From the human T2T-CHM13v2.0 reference genome, Homo sapiens, in NCBI RefSeq assembly GCF_009914755.1, contig NC_060937.1: a stretch of 64,000 nt of DNA. One strand, 5' to 3'. Numbering within the stretch: the first letter of the stretch is position 1; each line of letters begins with the position of its first letter. The notes under the pieces were generated by a model. It was not told the origin of the DNA. It made no database searches and saw nothing but the letters and a program-made list of their open reading frames with translations. The position numbers were made by a program, and so were the translations under genes. Positions 56,200 to 64,000 of this stretch are shown here, in pieces.

Positions 56200-56940
56200 T
56201 TTTCCAGGTATTTTCCGCACAATTTTGACCCCCAAGACTGTATGTCAAGCCTAGACATGTTTCCTGAGGGCCAGATCCCTGAAAACCTACTATAAATCTC
56301 CAATTAAATGTTTCACTGGCACCTCAAACTCAATATGCTCCAAGATGGACTTGTCATCTCTCTTCCACCTTACCCTGATATTGATGTCTCTGATAAGCTG
56401 TTCTGTGTCTTCCCACCTGATGGCATCACCATCCTCCTGGATTCCTTCAACTTCCCCTTCACCCCATGTTCCCAAGTCCTTTGTGTGACTCTAAGTCTGA
56501 CCTTGCACCAGACTTGCCCTATGCCTTCGCCATGGTAACCCACTCTAGGCCAGGGGTCTCCCCACAACCCTCCTCCCTCCAGTCTACTTTCTTCATGGCC
56601 CTACATTTCTCTACTGGCTACTAGTTGTGTATACAGTAAATGTCAGACCCCTTTATTCTGCCTTATACTGGTGGACAGTGTCCCTTTCAAGTGGACCCCA
56701 TCCTACTCCTGGTCTTACCTCCCTCTGCCCCAGCCCATATATCCTTCACCCCAGCCATACAAACTTTTCAAGCCCCCACATCACCTTGTCTTTTCATGGT
56801 TCTGAAATTTTCACATATGTTCCTTGGGCCAGTAATACCCCTTTATTATTTCTTATTTTGGCAGACTTTTACCCATAAGATGTACTTCTTTTTGCACTGG
56901 AATTTGTCAGTGAGCAAATGTTGTTTAATCACTTACTAAG
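56200..56940 (+). mobile_element. L2 fragment
   Basis: GGCACCTCAAACTCAATATGCTCCAA...TGGCATCACCATCC, characteristic of the L2 3' region. Confidence 0.65.
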
Positions 56941-57399
56941 AAGGTAAGTTCGGATGTGAGTTCCTTAACTTTTCCAAGGCTCATTTTCCTCATCTTTAAG
57001 ATGGCAATGATAATATGCACATGGATATCCATCACATTCATGAGTGCCTGTGTTCCAGGGAGGAATTGTGCCAGCCTTTGTTCTTGAAGGGCTTAGGTAA
57101 GTGGAAAGAAGTGGGGAAGAACACAAATTAAAAACAGCATCTACAGGGAAAACCCATGGCAGGTCAGGTACACAGGCTGTGGATGACCATCTGTAGGGTG
57201 GGGAAAGGCTTTGTTAAGGGGGTATTGGTTTCATGGAGGGGACTCAGGATGATCATGAGAGCTGGCAGGTTTTAAACATTTATGTACTAGGTGTTATGCT
57301 CCATGTTTTACATGCATAATTTCACTTAGTGCCCACAAAACTCCTCTGAGGTAGATTCTTGTTATCCTCTCAGATTTGGGGTGTGGGGGTGTTTTGGGA

Positions 57400-57725
57400 A
57401 TCCTTCTGAAGGAAGTCACAACTAAGCTAAGACCTGAAGGCTGAAAGGGCTTGGTGGTTGACTCTGTTCTATGAGACAGTATCTCATAACAGGTTGTGCT
57501 AAGACCTAGATGGAGTGAGGAACTTGAAGCATGACCTGCTCGAGAATGGGATGAGTTCCTTGTGTGGAGATTGGAGGGAAAAGGGTGGAAGGAGAGCAGG
57601 ACATGAGATAAGGACAGTAAGTAAGCAAGTATCAGACCATGAAGGACCTTGTCTATTGCTTGAAAAGTAAGCCATTGCAGGAAAACCTACATGCCTTCCC
57701 ACTAGATGGAGCACAATGGCTATGG
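57400..57725 (-). mobile_element. L2 fragment, probably resuming at ~58930-59200
   Basis: CTTCTGAAGGAAGTCACAACTAAGCTAAGACCTGAAGG...CAGACCATGAAGGACCTTGT; after the TGGA tract GGATTTGGTGATTGGTTGAGTGTG. Confidence 0.55.
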
Positions 57726-57739
57726 TGTGGCTACTAGAT

Positions 57740-58910
57740 TGGTGGATGAATGGATGGGTGTGTGAGTGGGCAGAAGGATGAGTGTGTGGATGGATGGATA
57801 AATGGTGGATGTGTGGGTGGATGGATGGGCAGATGAATGGGTGGATAGATGGGTGGTGTGAGGATGTGTGGATGGATGGATAGGTAGATGGATGGATGAA
57901 TGGGTGAATGCGTAGATGGATGAATGAGTGGGTAGGTGTATGGATGAATGGATGGATGGGTGGGTGGATATGTGGATGAATGGGTAAGTGGGTGGGTGAA
58001 ACGGATGGAGATGTGGATAAATGGATGGATGGATAGATGGGTGGATGGATGAGTGGGTAGATGTATGTATGGATGGATGGATGAGTGGTAGGTGGATGTG
58101 TGTATAGATGGATGCATTGATGAGTGGATAGATGGATGGGTGGGTGAATGTATATATGGATGGATGGATTGATGAGTGGATAGATGGATGGGTGGATGAA
58201 TGCATGAGTGAGTGGGTAGGTGGGTGGATGTAGGAATGCATGGGTGGATAGGTGGATGTGTAGATGGATGGATGAATAGGTGGGTGGATGTGTGAATGGA
58301 TGGATGGGTAAGTGGGTGGGTGGGTGGGTGGATGGATGGATGGATGGATGGATGTGTGAATGGGTGCGTGGATGAGTGGATGAATAGATGGATAGATGGA
58401 TGAGTGGGTAGGTGGGTGGATGTGTGGATGTAGGAATGCGTTGGGTGGGTAGGTGGATGTATGGATGGATGGATGAATAGGTGGGTGGATGTGTGAATGA
58501 ATGGATGGATGGGTAAGTGGGTGGGTGGGTGGATGGATGGATGTGTGAGCAGGTGCATGGATGAGTGGATGAGTAGACGGATAGATGGATGAGTGGGTAG
58601 GTGGGTGGATGTATGGATGTATGGATGGGTGGATGAATGGATGCGTGGGTGAGTGGGTGGCTGTGTAGATGAATGGATGAGTGGTGAGTGGGTGGGTGGG
58701 TGAGTGGATGTGTGGATGGATGGGTGAGTGGGAAGATGAATGGATGGATGGATAGATGAATGGATGGATGGGTGGGTGAGTGGGTGGCTGTGTAGATGAA
58801 TGGATGGGTGGTGGGTGGGTGGGTGAGTGGCTGTGTGGATGGATGGGTGAGTGTGTGTGTGGATGGATGGATGAATGGATAGGTGAATAGATGGATGGGT
58901 GGGTAGATGT
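57740..58910. repeat. Long degenerate (TGGA)n/(TGGG)n simple repeat
   Basis: Directly visible, about 1.17 kb. Confidence 0.97.
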
Positions 58911-60917
58911 GAGAGGGGAAGTTGGGAACAGAGCCAGGAGGCCGAAGGCAGAAGATAGGTGAAAAGGCTACTGTAAGAACAGGTGGGACAGATCAGCGGT
59001 CTTACATGGGGAAAACAATTGGGGTGGAGTGAAGTGATCAGAATTTAGAAATACTTAGAAACCAAATTAATGGGATTTGGTGATTGGTTGAGTGTGAGGA
59101 GATTAAGGGAAGAGCCAGGAGTGACTCTGCCACCAAAGAGGGCAGAAAAATTTAAAACAGATCCCTGAGGACAGTGACTGGGAGGCCATGGTGGAAGAAA
59201 TGAACTGACTGAAGAGATAAAGGAGTGAACTTTTGAGATGGAAACACCGTGGGGGTGGGGGAGGTCTGCACAGAGGCTGTGGATGGAGCAGTGCGGAGGC
59301 TCCTGGCCACAATTTTTATGAAACATCTTTTAGTATTAGTGGCATGGAGTGAACAGGTCAGAGTTCTCCCTTTTCCTTAAATACCGAAGAGTTGATGCTG
59401 CTTCAGATTCCAAACTCAGGCTCTTTCCTGAGTCCACACAAGGTAACTGGCCGTCCAGCATGGAGATACTGGCTTAGGTGATGGTTTCTGCTCAAGGGGG
59501 TGGAGCTGTGATGCCACTTCTGTCCTGCTTTGCTCTCTAGTCATTTGGAAGTCTTCATTTTGTCTTTTCTGGGATTTGAGAGGGGATATTATAATCACTA
59601 AATACCAAAGTCTTTTTATTTAATGTATTCCTAATATTCTGAAAGTTCTATTTTAAAGATAACAATTTTCCTTGTTCCCATTAATAGTCCTTGAAAATCT
59701 GGGATTTGATTAGGGAAAAGATCACTTACGTACTAACACAACATAAGGATATACATTATTAATGGAAACGAATGCAAAGCCAAGGTTATTCAGGGACTCC
59801 TTGGCCTCTGGGGCTGATATACAGCAAAGTTGAAATGCTCCCCACTCAGGTCCAGCTGGACCCTCTGAATTTCTTGCTTCACCTCCCCACACCTTCCCCT
59901 ATAGTCTGAACCCTCACTCCCTCCAGATGTTTGGCACAGAGACCAGAGTTTAGACCTTGATTCCTACTACCTATTGGGTGTATTCTGCTGAAGGTTCTAA
60001 AATTTAAGCAGTCTACACTAAGTGTGTCCAAACGGGTGTTCATTTCCTTGGTGCATTGGTTCACTGGAGAACGTGGCTGGATGCCCCTGCGCACTCCTGC
60101 CCATCCCACTTGGCACCCCTGCTCCTCACTGCCTAGCTCCCCCACCTCCAGTCCAGGGCATCGCCCTCCAGCTGATGTCTCGGTGTGGACTCCGAGGGTG
60201 CAGGGTGAATCTGAGCCGCTTGCAACCTGTGAGATCTTGAGCAAGCTTTGTGATTCCTGAGTCCAGAGCCCTGACCCGTGCACCGAGACAGAGCAGCCTA
60301 AGCCTCCTGTGCTGGGGAGGCTGCTCCATACTGAGAGGGACAGGGGCTGGCCTCATGCTCAGCGCACTAGTGAGGAAGGAAAGCTCTTCTGTAGCATCCT
60401 CTGCCTTCTGGATCCTTCCTCTTCCTCTTTGGTGCTGTGGTGTCAATGCGAGTCCTCACTGTCTCTGGTCTGGTGCACGGATGTCCTCTCTTCTAGAGGC
60501 ACTACTTGAAGCAGGAAGCTGGACACCTCCCTTCCCTATATAAAAACATTTCCTTTCAGAAGACTAAGTCATTTCAGAGCCTGACCTCAACCTACCTAGT
60601 TGCTTCTCTCTCCCTCTCCCTGCCCTCCCATGACTGAGCGCACACATACACTTTATGCAGGACGTGGAGCTGCCCAGACGCCTCGGAGCACAGGCCCCTT
60701 TACCTCCTCTGAAAGGTGGTCTTCTCCTTCTGCCCTGTGCATGGGGTAGGAGGCCCAGCCCCTCCCCTCCAGGCCTGGCTATAGGATGTTTAACTAACTT
60801 GTGATTCTCCTACAAGCCTGGGAGCTTCTGAGGATGACAAACGTGTCCTTAAATACTGAGCACCTACAGAGGCTCTTTGTACCCACCCACTCCTGTGGAA
60901 TTCCCTCCAGGTCATCT

Positions 60918-61000
60918 CGTTATCCCCATTTCACAGATGGGGAGACTCCATTGCCCAGAGACTGAGCAGCATTCTGAAGGCCAGTGAAGTAGCAAGTGCT
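60918..61000. mobile_element. MIR core fragment
   Basis: TTATCCCCATTTCACAGATGGGGAGACT. Confidence 0.65.
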
Positions 61001-64000
61001 GACACCAAGATACTGTCCCTCAGCTGGGGCCCCTTTACGTCCCAGCTGGAACTGAGCTCGCCATTTGCAGGATGGGGGAGCCACAGCTGCCGCAGGGGTG
61101 TCCCGGACACTTCCCAGCCCAGATGGAGCTCCCAGGGCACCAGGGACCCCACCTGCCGGGACCATCCAGCCGGAGGCTCTGGTTGCTACCCCTGACCCCC
61201 AGGCTGCTGGGTTCACTTCAAGTCTCTGCTTGGAACCAGCGCACAGGAGGCCTCGGCCTTCCGTCAACTTCCCACACCCCCAGGGAAGAGAGGTCCACAA
61301 GTTCCCAAAGTGTGGTCCCAGGCCAGCCTTGCCTGCCTCCCCTGGAGCTGTGTGGACATGGGAGGACAGGTCCCACATCGGCCCAGGGACTGCCGCCTCC
61401 TGCTTCCGCCCTGGGGAGACCCCCCTCATCTATCAAGGCCAGTCTGTGGGACTCAGAAAATCCATACCATGAGAAGGCGTCACCCCTGGGATCGGGAAAA
61501 GGCCCTGCTTCCAGCACAGGCTCTGTCTTGGCTCTTTATCTTCTGGATTCTTCACTGTGGGGACAGTGGCCGGTACCTTGTGGGTGCCCTGGGAAGAGGC
61601 TCACATAAGGAACTGGGGAAGCCCCGTGACAGCTGAGCTGAGGGCATGGCGGCCGAGGGCATGGCAGCTGAGACTGGGGCGCAAGATTCTGGCCGAGCTC
61701 CACGGCAGCCTCGTGGAACCTGCCCCCGACCCACCAGGCAAAGCCGCTCCTGAATTTAGACCCACAGATGCTCGGGGTCAGTGGTGGTTTCAGTTTCTAG
61801 GCTTTGGGGCAATCGGTGCGCTGCCATAGACAGCAGACACCCCCGGGAGTCAGAATCCTGGGAGGGTGTTCACAGGCCTCCGGGGGTTCTGACACGCACT
61901 CAGGCCAGAGAACTGGTTTCCTTTGCACCAGTCATTTATTCCTCCACTCTGGTGATTTCGCGGCTGAGGCCTGTGCCTGTTGGGCTCCCAGCCTCCTCCG
62001 ACTTTTCACGGGCTCCTTCCCTTTAAGGGCTGATGCTCCCAGGGGCTCCCCGGTGTCCGGCTTTTAGCAATCTCACTGCTGTCACTGCTGCAGCCATCGC
62101 CCCTCTGGGGACAGCTCTCGAGGGCACCAGGCAGCCCACCACCGTCCTGCCCTGATAGGGGAGGGGCTTGGGGCCAGGCAGCTCTTTGAAGAGTACCTGG
62201 GTCAATACGTCGGAAGGCAAGGTGGCTAGAGCGCTTGGCCTCGTGGGCAGGAGGAGGCTGAGCAGCCAGGAGCATGGCCCTGAGGTCACCCACGTGGGTT
62301 CCCCACCTTGGCTGGGCACTGACCCAGTCCGTGACTTAGGCCCACCTCACTCCCTCTTCTTTCAAATGGTAATAACTGTGGAAACTTCTAGAGGGCTGTT
62401 GCAGGGATGACATCAGCTGGGTATGCGAGCAGGTAGCAGAGTCCCTGCCCAGGTCCAGCACTAGCCCGGGCTGTGGCTGTGGCAGCCCGTGTGAATGGCT
62501 GGCTTGACCACTTGTAACGGTGTGTCTGGGAGACCCGCATGTCTCAGTCAGTTGAACCAGTGATTTTAGTAAAGCTGGTTATACAAGAGGTGGTTTCTGG
62601 AGAAGGACTGCGCTCACTGGCAGACTTAAGTGTTTCTTGCATTCGGGACCTGGGTTGGGGCAGGGGCCTGCACAGGGTCCTGTTTCTACCAGCTCTTCCA
62701 CTCGCAGCCCTGCTAATCCAGGCCTCATTGTTTGGGGCTCCGTGAGCTGCTGCCTGGCCAAGTCATAGCCTCCTCTGTGGTCCTCTGCTCTGGGCTGAGC
62801 TGCAGACTCAGGAGGTCTGTGATGGCTGGCTGGAGTCAGGAGTGGGGGCCCATCCTCCTCTCCCCCCATAAACATCCCCCCACCTGAATGTGGCTTATGT
62901 AACATGACTCTGGTGCAGTCCTTCTCTGAGGGAAAGGAGCCTACAGCCTCCAATTAACCCAATTAGAAGTCATTACAGGCAATCCTGGCCTCCCCCTAAC
63001 TCTTGGATTAGCATAATGAGCCTGTATGAGTCGCCAATTATAAACACATTCTCCGTGGATTCATATTTCTCTAAATTGCACTTCCCCTGTTGATGACAAG
63101 TTTTCTCCAGAACAGTTACCTCTACACAGAAATACATTTTCCTGTTTCTTCCAATATTCAATCTACTTCCCACCTGGGGAAAGGCACATTGCTGGATGTC
63201 TGATTCTTTTCCTGTGCTTAGAGATTCTACAATTCTGTGTTTTTGAAGTTTTGGCACTTAGCAATAGGTCACTGGGAGGGACGCATGTCTTAGCTAGGGC
63301 TTATGTTATGAAAATGACATTTTCTTGGGCACAATTTCTGTGTGTGGCACAGTGGTTGGTTTGTGTGAGGACTGGGCTTTTTGAGCCTCTTGTTCCTTCT
63401 CCTGCTGTTTTCCTGAGTATGAGGAGCCCAGCTCTCCCTGCACGCTGTCGAGGCTCATCAGCCCAATGCCCTGGGCACCCTGGAAGAAAGTGCTATGTGA
63501 TACGTGCAGTCGGCTGGGTGCCCCATGCTGTTTCCCGCTTTTCTTCCAGCCTCTGTAGAGAGGGGTGAATTAGGCATTCACAGACCTTCCTGCGGCATAA
63601 TGGAGACACTGGTGGAGCTTTTTGTTGGGGAGGGGTCAGAGGGAGGTGGATGGTGTTTCCCTTCCTCCCTTCCTCTTTTCTTTGGAACCCCACAGCAGGG
63701 GTGGGACACTTCCAAGGCTGGCAAGACCCTTTTGAGAGATGTGGGTGCCTCTTGGGTGCAGAGGGCAGGGAGGTGGCAGGGATTCAGGTGGCCCAAGGGG
63801 TGAGGAGGAAGGGAACGGCCTTCATAGCCCCATCCCACTGACGCCTGCACACTACCAGTTGCCCTTGGAGAACATGGATATGCTGGGAAGCATCTCAATG
63901 CATGGAAGCAGGGAGGCAGTTTCTGCAACTGTGGAGCCCCCGGACCAGAAGTGCAGAGAAATTCCACAGCCCGCGTAGCGTAAGCGAAAGAAACCTTGAC

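Noticed and set aside
57720-58558. His/Pro-rich ORFs (also His/Thr- and Tyr/Ile-rich ORFs at 7.4-8.0, 9.0-9.5 and 12.2-12.8 kb)
   Set aside because: These are translations of simple repeats.
59849-59862. Perfect 14-bp palindrome GGTCCAGCTGGACC
   Set aside because: A few palindromes of this length are expected by chance in 64 kb, and there is no supporting context.

Overview
Primate (human-like) non-coding genomic DNA, with GC-rich stretches alternating with AT-rich blocks. I found no credible protein-coding exon, RNA gene or prokaryote-type system. The long ORFs are by-products of Alus, L1 relics, VNTRs and simple repeats. Repeat content: about 10 Alus, old L1 and L2/MIR fragments, LTRs (THE1B, MLT1, MLT2, MER21), DNA transposons (MER44, two MER82, MER3, MER5A, MADE1), several minisatellites and long TG/TA/TGGA tracts. 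Family names come from my recall of consensus sequences, not from a database search. The most notable structures are two old, locally templated insertions: a direct 71-bp copy of 16480-16550 inside a MADE1 hairpin, and an inverted ~150-bp copy of 26361-26511 inside a MER21 LTR. Also notable are an intact SETMAR/Hsmar1 binding site, apparent GC-biased drift of some repeat copies, several repeat-free blocks rich in homeodomain/TALE/Sox motifs that resemble developmental enhancers, and a small CpG island carrying splice-donor motifs. The chromosomal locus could not be identified from the sequence alone.
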